From Takakia lepidozioides (taxonomy: Eukaryota; Plantae; Bryophyta), in NCBI GenBank assembly GCA_030704615.1, contig CM060733.1, positions 69,192,001-69,256,000 of the forward strand: 64,000 nucleotides of DNA, given 5' to 3'. The notes beneath the pieces were generated by a model. It saw only the letters and a list, made by a program, of their open reading frames with translations. It ran no database searches and was not told the DNA's origin. Of this stretch, positions 1 to 13,040 are shown piece after piece (positions within the stretch are counted from its first letter, which is position 1; each line of letters starts with the position of its first letter). The position numbers and the translations under genes were made by a program.

Positions 1-1699
1 AATTATTAGGATGATGACCCTTACTGTGCAAAAATCTTGGTTTATCATTTGTTTTCTTTTTTTTCATCCAAACTGGATGAATTCCATGAATGATGGTGAC
101 CTATTTTAATCCAGGAGATAGTAATTTTACCATCATTTATTATAAATGATTGCAGTTATTAAACTTGAGCCTATACCCTAACCCTAAAAATTACCTTTTT
201 AGTGGATGTCATCCATTGACAAGTGCATCTCCTGCTAGAATGCAACTTTTCATCCCCCCTGGATGAGAAATCGGGGATCTGTGCCCTAAGCAAGTTGACA
301 CCTTTCACAACACAGAACTCATGCTTCAGGGATCCTTGATGATGCGCCGTGTAAATCTGCTCCCCAGCTGCTGCATGGTACCCGTGATGGCTGGCTCTTG
401 GGATGCGCATTGGCGATTACGCAGATTCTTCTCTGGCAGGTGACAAAGCGATGATTGCTTTGCTCAGACCCTCATGGTTCCTTTTAATTGTAGCGGCGCT
501 TTTACTCCTTGTTGGGAAGTACTCTACCCCTATTTATCTACAGATTACATATGGCTCTTTCACTTTGTATGAGCTCTTCTCTATCTGTGAACCCTTCTAC
601 TTTGATCTGTTGGACGCCATGGCGCAGGGCATACCGCAAACACTCAAGGTCTTTTGAGGTTACCCTTGCTTGAATTGTGATCTGTACATGCTTTAGAATT
701 CAGCACTAACATGGATAGCAACTGTGAAGACCTGCCACTCACCTGATGCATCCTCACTAACACACATCTTTATGTGGCTGTTTTTGGGACGGGCACAGGT
801 GAGGGTCTTCACTTGTCTTGAATTCTTGAAGCTTGCAGAGTCTGATTCTTGCATAAGGGATTGCTACTACCGCCTGAAGCTATTGATGCCAGTTGTTGTT
901 TCAAATCTGCCACCTTGCTGCCTCAAAACGGCTTCAAGTCTGCTCTAATGAGGATCGCCTTCTTACTCCTTACCCTTGTTTTTGGTTCTTGATGACCACT
1001 TCTACATGTTTTGGAGTTAAGACACACAAGGGACTTCATAGAATACAAAATCTCTACTGAAGGCTCTGGCTGTTTTCAACAAAGGTATAGGGTTGCAGCT
1101 ATAACTCTGGCTACATGGAAACTAGGCTCTGAAATAAAACATCATGGCCTGGCTTTGATGGATCAGAAGATAGACCTTGTCTGATAACAAACATTCTTCA
1201 AGGCTCTCATATCACTGTGATTTCATTGCATGATAGGGGACAGGGGTTTCTGAGTTCCTTTCTTTAACTGGCAGAGCTTTTTATGAGGCCCTGGAATACC
1301 ACTCCAGGCCCATATCTGCTTGAGGGTACTCAACCCTGTGTTTTATGTTGTTAGAAGTCTTGCCTATGACTTGGCACTGAAGCACCTTCAGACCTGGCCC
1401 CATCATAATTTTGATTTACAAGACCTGCTTGCTGGTAGGTGTTGTGTGTAAGGCTTGCTCATATATTTGCAATGCTATGATATCTTCAGGCTGGCTGTTT
1501 TTTTAGGAAGGTGACTTCTTCAAAATTTGGATTCTAAAACAGTAACCTTTATGGTCCAGCAAGTAGCCTAGCATGGCAGTTTTAAATACTTCTTCATGGC
1601 CTAAACCTAGTCATGATACACCTTGTTGGGTGTAGAGATATTCTTACTTAGATAAAACTAAGCAAGAATGACACTTGTTGCTTGAAAGGCTTGGTTCTG

Positions 1700-4035
1700 G
1701 ATATTAGCTCCAGACCTGCAATCTGGTTTCTGAAATGAAGGTACAATCTGCAACAACCCTTGTGTATTGATGCAGAACCATTTTCTGAGGAGGACCGGGG
1801 TGACACTTTTCGGTGTCCATCTTGCCACCGCATTCTCTGTGGTCTTCCCTCTTGTGGCAAGGACAACCACACATCCACCATCATCCAGGAGCATCCCCGC
1901 CAGCCCAAACCCAGCTTTCCAGTAGTCCTCAGTAAACCTGTTCCAGTTGGGCACACCATCCAGGCCCTCCAGCAGCTCCCCATCTGGAATGTCAAGGAGA
2001 ATCATATCGCAAGCTCTCTCCACCTCAACCCCCCCCCCCCCGAGTGCTCTTGCAATCCGTGCTCAGAGCTGTGAAGAATTCCATCATGGCTTCAAAACCA
2101 AGGGTGTCTTTAGGCTCTGTACCGGCAGCCCTCTTCTTGGCTTTCGCCTTCTGCTCCGCCAGAGACTTGCTGTGTGCCACCTTCTTCGCCCTGGCAGCGA
2201 GAGCGTCAAGGAAGCTCTCATTGACGCATTGGATGATGGTTGGAGGTTCTAGCTTTGGCATGTGCGTAAATGTCACCGCCGAATACCACCGTGTAGGCTC
2301 GCCCTCAAATGCCAACTTCTTGGCAGAGCCAGTCCCACTCCGAACTGACTTGGGAACTCGGACGACCGGTGACTTGGTAGCAGCAGCAGCAGTCGCAGGA
2401 CCTTGAACAAAGTCGTCGTCCGAGTCACTCCCTTGGGTCCCCTCCTGCGCCTCCTCCGATGCCCTGATGGTTTTCTGTTTTTTGGGTGTTACTGTACTCA
2501 CCTGTTTCATTGTCCTTTTCCTTTGGCCTTTATTCTTCTCATTCAATTTCTCCTGAATTCCTGCCTGAGCAAGCTCTGCCGCTTTCCTGGAGTTCGCAAG
2601 CGCTTTTGCCTCTTTTGGACCCAGCGGAGGCAGCGGAGCCCGGTTTCGTCGGGCCTCAGCATCCAGCTTCAATTGAAACTCGGATGGGTCGAGCGAGCCG
2701 GGCGGAAGGTCCACATACCAAGGGCAATCACGCAAATGTTCCAGATGCCACTCCTTCACAATAACGTCAGTGTACATGGAGTCAGCCCCAGGGTTCCTCC
2801 ATGCCAGGAAGAATGGTGGCTCGAAAGACAGATGACATTTCTCCAAAAGGGAGAACTTGTAGTACCTGCATTCATGAAAAACACAGAATGAGGTCCCTGA
2901 ACTAGAAATTCGGCACCATTTTCCCAGGTTGGGGCGGAACTGACTAGGCCTAGAACTGGAAAATTGGCGCCAAATTTTGGTTTTCGGTGCTAGCCACGCT
3001 AGGGACAGCCATTTTGGGAGCCCTGAACTGGAAATTCGGCGCCATTTTCCCAGGTCCGGGCCGAAAATGGCTAAGTCCCTGAACTGACTGGCCCTGGAAT
3101 TGGAAAAATGGCGCCGAATTTCGGTTTTCGGTGCCAGCCACCCTAGGGACTTAGTCATTTTGGGAGCCCTGAACTGGAAATTCGGCGCCATTTTCCCAGG
3201 TCTGGCCCGAAAATGGCCAAGTCCGTGAACTGACTGGCCCTGGAAATGGAAAAATGGCGCCGAATTTCGGTTTTCGGTGCCAGCCACCCTAGGGACTTAG
3301 TCATTTGGGGAGCCCTGAACTGGAAATTCGGCGCCATTTTCCCAGGTCCGGCCCGGAAATGGCTAAGTCCCAGAACTGACTGGGCCTTGAACTGGAAAAA
3401 TGGCGTCGAATTTCGGTTTTCGGTGCCAGCCACACTAGGGACTTAGCCATTTTGGGTGCCCTGGACTGGAAATTCGCGCCATTTTTCGAAAGACCAATTT
3501 TTATGCGCCACATGAGGCCTCTAACATCCTGAAATGCAAGGACTTGAAAGGAAGGCATCGCGTATGTACCTGTACAGAAGGCGCATTGCTGCTTTGTCCG
3601 CATTCGGCTGGTAGGTGAACTCGTGGCTCCGGCGGGCATGGGGTATCTCCCGAAAGAATAGGTCGGTTTTGTACAGCAGAAAGTACCTCGTCACATAGTC
3701 GCGTAGGCTCTCTGCTGCAGGAGAAATCTCCATCTTGAACTGATGTGCTTGTGTGTCCAGCTGCTCTTGCGCATTCGTCGTCACCTGTGGAGATTCTCCA
3801 TCAGATCGCTTTCCTGAAAAAATACAATGAATCCACCCCCTACAAGAGTAGAAGCGCCAAACGAAGCGTGGGGAAGTACCTGAAACCACCATGTCATGCG
3901 GTTCATCCACATGTCGAATGTCGGGTCAGACAGTTTGTCCGGTTTGGGGAAGCTCCACATGTCCCTTGTACTTTGGGAACCATTCCAGATTTGGAGCCAC
4001 TGGGTCTGTCCAACCACCCAGCATATTTGTAAGCG
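1700..4035 (-). pseudogene. Divergent, truncated paralog of the ParB/N4-N6 methyltransferase-like TE cargo gene (central region plus MTase N-half)
   Basis: Exons ~4035-3880, 3784-3570, 2865-~1700 with GT/AG introns at the same codon positions as the 39-45 kb gene. Peptide matches: WLQIWNGSQSTRDMWSFPK..LSDPTFDMW vs WLEIWNSDQTVKDLNQFPK..ISDLVFDNW; SMYTDVIVKEWHLEHLRDCPWYVD vs SMYTARILKDWSPFHFRDCGWYLD; DMILLDIPDG..WNRFTEDYW..LDDGGCVVV vs DIVILDIPDG..WNKFEDNYW..LSDAGTLLL. Frameshift in the poly-C run at ~2029-2041. Confidence 0.8.
2895..3490. repeat. Intronic tandem repeat, 146-bp unit, ~4 copies, each with internal inverted repeats
   Basis: GGG(A/T)GCCCTG recurs at 3016, 3162, 3308 and 3454. Each unit contains GAAATTCGGCGCCATTTTCC and the near reverse complement GGAAAAATGGCGCCGAATTTC. 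Confidence 0.95.
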
Positions 4036-4185
4036 CCAAACACCACAAAAACGAGTTGTTGCCACCACAATTTGGTTAAGAATGTATCACCTTTTCTGTT
4101 GCATCCACACATGATGTGGCTAGACGATGGAGTTTCTCCAACGCCAAGAGTCAGCTGAGATTCTTAGGTTCGTGGAGTCAGAAAC

Positions 4186-4473
4186 GTGCCTCAGCCAGGT
4201 TATGGGAGAATTTACCAGCTACAAACAGAGGGATCTACCAGAGCAGGATTGGTTTACAATGTATACATTGGTCAGTTTCTATCTTGTGATTGTCCCGACT
4301 TTGATGAGCTATCTGTCAAGAAGAAAAAACAAACATATCTACTTTGTAAGCACATGTACTTCATGTACAACGCGCATCTAGGATGCGCCGGGGCTTATGA
4401 GATCCACCAACCTTCCCTTAGCCAGTTAGAGGTTAGGGCTATGCTAAAGAAGGACCCTAGTTCAACTTCTTAG
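4186..4473 (+). pseudogene. SWIM zinc-finger fragment, probably the 3' end of a MULE-type transposase gene
   Basis: YNVYIGQFLSCDCPDF...LCKHMYF fits the CxC..CxH SWIM signature; 5' part is missing. Confidence 0.75.
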
Positions 4474-5111
4474 TGACACATGAAATGCACAAAAAAAGAA
4501 CCTCTAACTTGTGCCGTTCATTTTCATGCATGTAACATGTAATTATCTTGTTACTACTTTATTCCAAACATGACACATATGCATTTGTTAGTACAGAAGT
4601 TCCTATTTTGGTTAAAATGGAACTTGTTTACCTGTCATACAAGTTTTCAAATTAATTTTTTCTCAAACATGACACATATGCATTTGTTAGTACAAAAGTC
4701 CATATTTTGGTTAATATGAAACTGTTTTCCTTGAATACAAGTTTGCAAACTATTACTTTGGCCAAGGATCTTGTATTCTCTTCAGTTTAAGGTGGTGCAT
4801 TAGTTGGAGTTAAGGGTCACATGCATCATTGACTACTCATTTTGTTAGCTAAGATTTTTTTTTTTTTCTATATACATATGATGTAACATTTGCATATGCA
4901 ATAAATACGTCGTATTCTATGTTATATAACTCCACTGCATACAATCTACAATGTGTGCATACAAATTTGTCACGTGCATATATAATAAGGGATTTTGTGC
5001 ATGCATGCACGCAACCTGTGCATATGGAATAGCAACCCCCATTTGGTATTTGCAAACACTTATGGACCCTAGCTAGTTGGGCGTTCTGACAGAATATGTT
5101 GGCGTGTTCAG

Positions 5112-5726
5112 TTTCCACTCAGTAACTTCACAATTATGTTGTTCCACGACGATGGTACTATTGAAGAGTGGAATGATTTGCCTTGGAGCAATCAGTCAAT
5201 TCATATCGTTGCCTTACACCAAACAAAATGGTGCACATTTTGTCTTACTCGTTCAGTCTTGGCGGATCACCCTGGGGTCTCTCTCTCTTCCGCTTTGTCC
5301 CCTTGGGGGCCCACTGGGAATGTCTTAGTATTTGTTTGCTTGTTTCTCTTTCTCTCTCTCATGTAGCCTGGTGGGCTGAACTCCACAACCTGAACTGGTA
5401 GGGTCAGTCGCCCTGCAGGCACTCAATGGTGGATCATAGACCACGTCATTTGGTAATGATCACTGTCTCTTTCTGCCTGTGTTTTCCGTCCAAATTGGGC
5501 ACGGGTCAGAAGGCTACAGTAAACAAAGTCGTGTGAGTATGCTCTTGCTTGTTACAGACAGATCAGATGTATCTGTGGATTCACCAACCTAATAGGAGAT
5601 TGAATCTGCACTGCATGGAGGCTGGTGGTTTGCAAAGCAGTTTTTGGACCCAGACATTGTGGCACAGTACAACTACATCTTCATATGGGATGAGGACATT
5701 GGAGTGGAACACTTCAATCCAGGCAG
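5112..5726 (+). pseudogene. DUF707 family gene fragment (two exons)
   Basis: 5112-5230 FPLSNFTIMLFHDDGTIEEWNDLPWSNQSIHIVALHQTKW and ~5624-5726 WFAKQFLDPDIVAQYNYIFIWDEDIGVEHFNP match the plant DUF707 core (QTKWW(Y/F)AKRFLHPD..YIFIWDED); no flanking exons found. Confidence 0.8.
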
Positions 5727-6199
5727 GTTTGACTTCTATAGATCTATCCTCCAAAGTGAGGGTTTCTACACTCCAAATTTTGAAAATCCGGCTGTGATCT
5801 TCTGACTCACATCTCTATTCTCAATCAAGGGAAATAAGTTATTCTAGGTGTCAATATTTCTTTCTCTTTGGTACCCAGCAACGCCATGGTCTGAAGAGAG
5901 TGACTCAAGGCAGGGTGTGGGTTGTTTACTTCAACTAGGCATCTGTGTCACGAGATTTTCAAGGATCTGAATCGAAGTCCGCAAGTCTTCAACCTGCTGG
6001 ATAAATCTGACCAAGAGGCTGCAGTGTCCACAGCCATGTCTGTTGCCAAGAAATTGTCTGATGAAAATGACGTTAGGCAGGAAATTTCCCTGAACTTGTT
6101 CGTCATGGCTGGTGGATCTCATGCCCATGTACAATGCGAGAACCATCAATTGACTAACTTCTGGCTTAATGAAACAAGGGTTGCATGCTATTACATGTG

Positions 6200-6968
6200 C
6201 ACAAAACTAGATCCTTAAATTCCTCTGGGGACAGTGCAAAAAGCTGCTTTTTGAGACCATTCCTTGTTTCTATAGAGCTCACATTTGCCAATGCTAGCTC
6301 CCGTAACTGCAGGTCAATTTTTTGTCAGATTTTCTGTGTTCAACCTCGATACTACTGCCACAGGAGGAAGCTCACAGCGAGTCTCACTTAATAAGCGACT
6401 AGAGGCACTTAAGATGTCCACTTGACCAACCTACCAAGATGGTGGACACAAATTCTCAACCTGTCCAGGGGTAAAGGCAAGAAACCAGAGGATATTAATA
6501 GTCAAAATACAGGTATTTTCTAAGATGGTTCATCAGCACTCTTTATGTACTCTCTATTACTATAGAATGACATCAACGGAGAGGACACCAACATATCCAG
6601 GAGTGGGAAGGTTGGGCTCAAAGAGCTCTCGAAGTTTTGGAATCCTTTGATTTTGAGAGCCAATGATGAAGATTCTCATTTGAGAATCACTACCAAAGTG
6701 AAATAGTCCAGACCTTTGGGACTTCCTTAAAGACAAGGCGCTGAAGCGCTTGAAGGCGTGAACAGTGGGTAGGACATCCACATCACTGAACTGAGTTCCA
6801 GTCTGGTCGTTGATTTCGTAGCCTTGATAAAACTGCAGCAAATCAACTAACTGCCTGAAAAGTCGCCCCTGGGGGTGCGGATACAAAGCACTGTATAGGG
6901 CCCACCCCCGAAAGGGGGCAGTAGCCGTAAGGCAAAGTGGCTCTTAGTTACACCGGCTTTGGCCGGAG

Positions 6969-7002
<34 letters not shown>

Positions 7003-8275
7003 AAAGCACTAATTCGACTCTTCACTACAATTGCTGCATCCTCCACCAAGGCTGTCACAAAACTGCAAGTGTTGAGACAATACGACAATGGGTTGATATA
7101 ATATGAGAGAATAAAACAGAATAAGGCAGAAGAGTAAACCTGCACTATGTCTCATTCTCTATTATCCCCCTCAGAAGATTTAAGAGGGTGATTGATTCTC
7201 CACCCCTCAGACATTTACAGCAAACCATTAAAAACAACTGTCACTACAAGCAGACCACCAGCAAGGGGTCACTAAAATGCCTAGAGCATTTTCTGTCTAA
7301 GCAAACACAACTCTAGATTCACCCAACAACCTACAGCAGTAACCCATTAAATGGTCACCATAAGAACTAACCACAAGCAAAATGTCCTGATTGCGCTTAC
7401 CTCCAAGTCGGCAATTGACTGAGAAGATCAATCAAAAATTCAGAGAAACGTTTTCCAGTAGAGCAGCGATGCAATGTCAACTGGTGGTTCATTGTCGTTC
7501 ATACTGCCGGCCATTGCCACATTGCCTGTCTCATTCTCTTCTCCTTTCTCAGTTGGGAAGGAAACAATCGACTCCAAGATCTTCACAGTGATTAATATAA
7601 ACATTGTCAGGCACACGGTCCCTGATACCAAGGAAGACTCTTCCATGATAGACACACCAATAACATTGCATGTAATTCACTTTCAAAGAATTGATTGGTC
7701 TGTATGATCTCTATACATGATGCAAATCCATTTCCCTCCTTTCTGTACGGATGTAATACTTTTCTAGTTAGGGAAGGTTTTCTTCAAAGCTTTGAGCAAG
7801 AAGGAATTGATCAAACAGGGGCTCACCTCCAAGAATTCTTGCAAAAGCAATGGCAAAAATCGCACTTCCAGCTTCTCACGTGGATTAGCAGCAGCACCTG
7901 TGTTCTTGAATGCTTGGTCTTCCTTCTTCAGCAACTTTTTCCAGTGGACTAAGATTTGGGGATGTTGCACCAACTCCAGCTATCACAGCAACCAATATTT
8001 AGCCAAGGCTTTGGGGATTGCACTGCCCACTTCTGCCTGCTAAGTAAACCTGACATTACAGTGTACCATTTGCTGAATGTAAATGTACCATAAACCATCA
8101 ATCACGGGCAGTCGCCCACTTGCTCTGCTTCTGGCTAAGAGACCCCTAAGGGAAAGGAACAGCGCAAGGAACCAAAATCTGTACCTGGAGACGCTCCCGA
8201 AGAAAGTGCACGCCATAGTTGCGGTGAAACCAGCTTAAGTACAGGTAACCGCACTGTGTCATCCTCCAAGCTCTG
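6200..8275 (-). pseudogene. AQR: Intron-binding RNA helicase Aquarius (IBP160/EMB2765) internal fragment
   Basis: Colinear exon pieces SLEDDTVRLPVLKLVS; HPQILVHWKKL..RFLPLLLQEFLEV; EFLIDLLSQLPT; YPHPQGRLFRQLVDLLQFYQGYEINDQTG; LRELALANVSSIETRNGLKKQLFALSPEE. Frameshifts, an insertion and both ends missing. Confidence 0.85.
6893..6999 (+). mobile_element. 107-bp retroposed insertion (SINE or LINE 3' end) with (TC)n tail and 11-bp TSD
   Basis: TACAAAGCACT is duplicated at 6882-6892 and 7000-7010 and splits an AQR exon; the insert ends in a (CT)n run. Confidence 0.85.
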
Positions 8276-9974
8276 CTCCAAAGTCAGGAAACACCGACAA
8301 AGAAACCAAATTTATGTGCAATCATAGCACAAAAACAAGGCATTTGAGGGCGGACTCTCAGGATTTTCATTGATAGGCTTTCATAGCATCTGCCAAGGAT
8401 TGCTTGAGGGGAAGTGGTGCAGTTTGGTGAGCATTTGGATTAGCAAAGTGAAGTCTACATTTCAATAACATGCCATTCAAGGTTTCAATAGATAAACTAA
8501 ATCACTGGTTTCAGTGGCTTGCTGTTTCTGCACCAGTCACTAGCCACCACAAGAACTACGCAAAGAGAGAGAACTCGTGCTCAGGTTTTTTCAATCCATA
8601 GCTGGATGTAAATGTACCCAACATGGTAGGGGATCTCAGACTGCACTATAGCAACTGGGGTACGTAAAAGTGCCATCCGGTGCCCACATACAGCTGATGG
8701 CAATCCACTTACAAGGAATTGAGAGCTGATTTGAGGACAACGAGCAACATCATATTACAAGGTATGGTGTTGATTCCAGCACTGCTGGTATAGCCTCCTA
8801 CCTTATCAAGATTTCGAGGGAGATAGAGAGCTAACATGATTGGTGAGAGGGTGCTTCTTAAGTTGGTAATTTTTTTGCAGCAGCCGGACTGCAATCACCA
8901 CGACCAACAGCATCTCGACAAACAAATGCCCTGCCAACCCACCCATCTCTCATTAGTGTGTCAGTTAATCACATGCCTTCATGTGAGACCGAGCTGATTA
9001 ACCCTGGAATACCTGCAACTGACAGCCAACCTAAGTTTATAGCCCAGTTTTAGCAGGGTACTTCAGTGGGTCAGTGCCAGGTAGTTTCCATCGTAGTATT
9101 CCGGTTTTCAACTGGGAAAATATGAACCAAGAAGGCCAGCTTTTTAGGGTTGATGAGCTCAAACACCCAGACATCCCCATCCTCCAGGCAGGCAGTGATG
9201 GGAGGCAAATTTCTTCCAGCCACCTCTCAAGGTACGTCCGCTCTTGCAGTGCCCAGCCCAGGTGGCAGTCCAACATTGGCCAGAAGTGCGTCAAGAGAGA
9301 CCATCACAAGCCTGCGGGTAGCGATGGATTTGCAAATACCAGATATCGACTGCAATGGAAGTCACAGAAAATTCCATGTTACGCAAAGTACACAATTCTC
9401 TCCAGGAATTTTCTCTCATTTTCCCTTTCCTGGCTGTCCATGTCTCTAGTAGTGCCCAAAATTCTGAGATGCCTTCGGTACACATCTTTGTAGTGTTTGG
9501 ATCAAATAAATGCTTCTTTAAGGACAGCTGACTCACATGAATGGACAAGATGGGTCCCAATTCTGTATGGGGATCGCTTAATTTCTGTTCTCTGCCCTCC
9601 CTCCCTTCATGCCCTACCCCTGCCCATTTGCTGTCCATGGGGCGCCCAGGCCCAGGCAAGACAATACCTCTATGTTTGCCAGTATACTTATAAGAGACAG
9701 TTCTGTGTATATGTGTGTGCTCCCACATAGCATCAAGCATTCCTTGTAAAGAAACAAAGTAAAAAAGAGGAACTCGGGAGTAAGAGCAACTCACAACAAA
9801 AAACTGACACTCCACAGCTGACTTTCGCAATGTGACTCTAAAACTTGGATTCTGAATCTCGAGTGCACATGCAGCCTGCGCTGCGCTCATCCTTTCCTTT
9901 CTGCCTCGTTACAGGGCCTCTTTGAGACCTGAATGCCATGACTCTGCAGAAACTTCCCTCTTCTTTTGGATGCC

Positions 9975-10490
9975 CGACTGTGTACTGAACAAAGAATCTC
10001 TTTAAAAGATCTTTAAAGGATCTGGGAATGTCTTAGTCAGCTCCACTATTGTGACTGTGTACTGAATAAAAGAATCTTTTTAAAGGATCTTTAGAGGATT
10101 TGGGACTACGGTGACTGTGAATGACGGGCTCCGCTAGTCTGACTATGTACTGAACAAAAGAATATTTTTAAGGAATCTTTAGAGGATCCTCTGGGAATGT
10201 CTCAGCTCCACTAGTGTGACTGTGTACTGAATAAAAGAATCTTTTAAAGGATCTTTAGAAGATCTGGGAATATCTCAGCTCCACTAGTGTGACTGGGTAC
10301 TGAACGAAAGAATATTTTTAAAGGATCTTTAGAGGATTTGGGAATGTCTGAGCTTCACTAGTGTGACCATGTACTGAACAAAAAAAATCTTTTTAAAGGA
10401 TCTTTAGAGGATCTATGAATGTCTCAGCTCCACTAGTTTGACTAATTATTGAACAAAAGCACGTTTCACAGAATTTTTAAAGGAGTAAGA
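9975..10490. repeat. Minisatellite, ~73-88-bp unit, ~7 copies
   Basis: GACT(G/A)TGTACTGAA..AAGAATC..AAAGGATCTTTAGAGGAT..CAGCTCCACTAG recurs at ~9977, 10053, 10141, 10218, 10291, 10365 and 10440. Confidence 0.9.
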
Positions 10491-12669
10491 ATCGTTTAGT
10501 GAGACATGATGTGTTGGAAATGAGCATTTGGCCTTCTAAGGGTGCCGTTTGACCAAAAAATCATGCATCAGTAACTCATGTTTCAGTTCCACTAGTCTGA
10601 TTGTTTAGAGAACACAAGGATTTTTTTTGGTTAAACATGATGTATTGGAAGTGGACGTTTGGCCTTCTAAGAGCACGGTTCAACCATTAATCATGTTCCA
10701 CTAAACCATCCGTTAATTGGAAGCAAGACAAATTTATTGGAAGTGAGGCAAAGTTTATTAAAAGTGAGAGTTGGTCATTTGGCTTCCCACGTGTGCCGGT
10801 AAACCATTAAATCATGCATCATTGAACCAAGTCTCATTAAATTGTGCTCCATAGTGAGCCACTATTTGTTGGAAATGAGGCAAAGTTTATTGGAAATGAG
10901 ACAAAGATTGGAAGCGAGGCAAAGATTATTGAAAATGGAAGTGGTCATTTGGCTTTCCAAGTGCACCGTTAGACCATTAAATCATGCATCACTGAACCTA
11001 ATCTCATTAAATCATGCCTATGTCGTTGGCCCAAGTGTCCAGAGTCATCTAAGCCCAAGTGCAATCTCCTATGTATCCAAAGGCATCTCCCATGCGCGTC
11101 TCCCATGTCAAGGCCCATCTAAGTCTAGTGTGCAATCCCGATGTATCCAAGTGCGTCTCCTATGTTGAGGCCCAAATGCCTCGACCTTTAGGGTAGCATC
11201 TGCTGTTGGCCCAAGTATCCAGTGTCATCTAAGCCCCCAAGTGTAAGATCTTCTATGTATCCCAAGGCATCTCCTATGTCGAGGCCCAAGAGCGACCCCT
11301 AGTGTAGCCTATGTTGTTGGCCCAGTGTGAAGAATTGAAAATCTAAGACCAAGTGCAATTTCCTATGTATCCAAGTGCGTCTCCTATGTCGAGGCCAATG
11401 TAAGCCCAAGTGCAATCTTCTATTCATGTATCCAAGTGCATCTCCCATGTAGAGGCCCAAGTGTGTTATCTAACCCCAAGTGGAATCTCCTTCGTATCCA
11501 AGTACATCTCCGTGTCAAGGCCCCACTTTCTTTTTCCATGAATTTATTGAGTAGTAATATATCCAATCATTATTGATATATCTCCCGTCCCTAGGGTAGC
11601 ATGTGCAGTTCGCCCAAGTGTCCAATGTCATCTAAGTCCATATCTAATCATTTTTTTTCCACAGAACCTACGACCAGATTTGAACCGGAGACCTTTCCCT
11701 TGATATCTCTCCCGTTGAGGCTCCAACCATTGTCCTAGGAATGCCCACTTTGCCATTTTTGCTATTTTTGGGGAATTTCCAGCTAAAAGTACTTGGAATT
11801 CCACATCTCTCACACCGCACGCCCGAAAATCATGAGACCAAGCCCGTGCACCCCTCCTCGTCGAGGGCTTTCCAACGGTACCAAGCACCCATGCTGGCCC
11901 GCGGTTTGGGACATCTCAACGTGACAAAACAAAACAAGCCTCAAATGGCAATTGGCTCTCTTGCTTTGTTTTGGCACAACATAAGGGAAGGTAAGACTAG
12001 GGAGCATGACTCAGCACAACACACCAATCAGCGCCTTGACACGGTGTAAGGTACTTTGACTACATTTTCTCCATTGACTTGCATGTCTCCACAAAGTCTC
12101 TCTCTACAAGAGAGCCAACAAACATCTTGCTTTATAGATTGACTAGGGTAGCCCGTGCCGTTGGCCCAAGTGTCCAGGGTCATCTAAGCCCAAATGCAAT
12201 CTCCTATGCGTTCAAGTGCGTCTCCTATGTCTACGCCCAAGTGTGACCTCCAGGGTAGCTTGTTGGCCCAAGTGTCCAATGTCATCTAAGTCATCTAAGT
12301 CTAATCATTTTTTTTTCTACGGAATCTACGATCTGATTTGAACCGGAGACCTTACCCTTGATATCTCTCCGGTCGAGGCTCCAGCCATTGTCCCAGGAAT
12401 GCCCACTTTGCCATTTTTGCTATTTTTTGTGAATTTCCAGCGACCAAAAGTACTTGGAATTCCGTATCTCCCACATCGCAGGTCCAAAAATCATGAGACC
12501 AAGCCGGTGCACCCCTCCTCGTCGAGGGCTTTCCAACGGGACCAAGCACCAGCGCGGGGGCCTCGCGGTTTGGGACATCTCAACACTACAAAGCAAAACA
12601 AAACAAATAAACAAACAAACAAATGTCTCGCTTCATATATTGTTGATGATGATATATGTTGGTAGCAAG

Positions 12670-13040
12670 GAATGTAATTAGATAATTTAAAAGCAATAAA
12701 TACATGACGTTTATGGTCCGTGCAATATGCTTCTGTAATGCCACATATGCAACGTTGATGATGAGCATTTGTCCAAACATGGTCTAGTTGAGATCCATAA
12801 ATAGTAATACTAATTGGAAATTGGAGTTGCATGTGAAAAGAAAAACATGAATTTTTGCAATTGTTTTGTTGTTACGGTATTATTTTGTAAAAGATCTACA
12901 TTAAAATCCCCAATTATTATCATTAGGCATGTATGTAGGATATTATCAATGAGCTTTCTGGAAGAAGATAAGAAAATAATAAATTGTAGTGTTGGAGGTT
13001 TATAGACTGCAATAATATGAATTGTTTTTTTGGTATTCAA
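12670..13040 (-). pseudogene. AP-endonuclease (EEP) domain fragment of Helitron/Helentron type
   Basis: IHIIAVYKPP..IIIGDFNVDLL..TIYGSQLDHVWTN..EAYCTDHK carry the EEP motifs YxPP, GDFN, D(H)xW and (S/T)DH; frameshifted and embedded among Helitron units. Confidence 0.7.

Noticed and set aside
300-1650. Possible decayed retroelement-like coding sequence
   Set aside because: Looks formerly coding but no diagnostic motif could be recognised with confidence; left unannotated.
2890-3500. Repetitive ORFs such as MAGTENRNSAPFF (N-terminal part of the 420-aa ORF)
   Set aside because: Translation of an intronic 146-bp tandem repeat; real coding begins at the acceptor at 2865.
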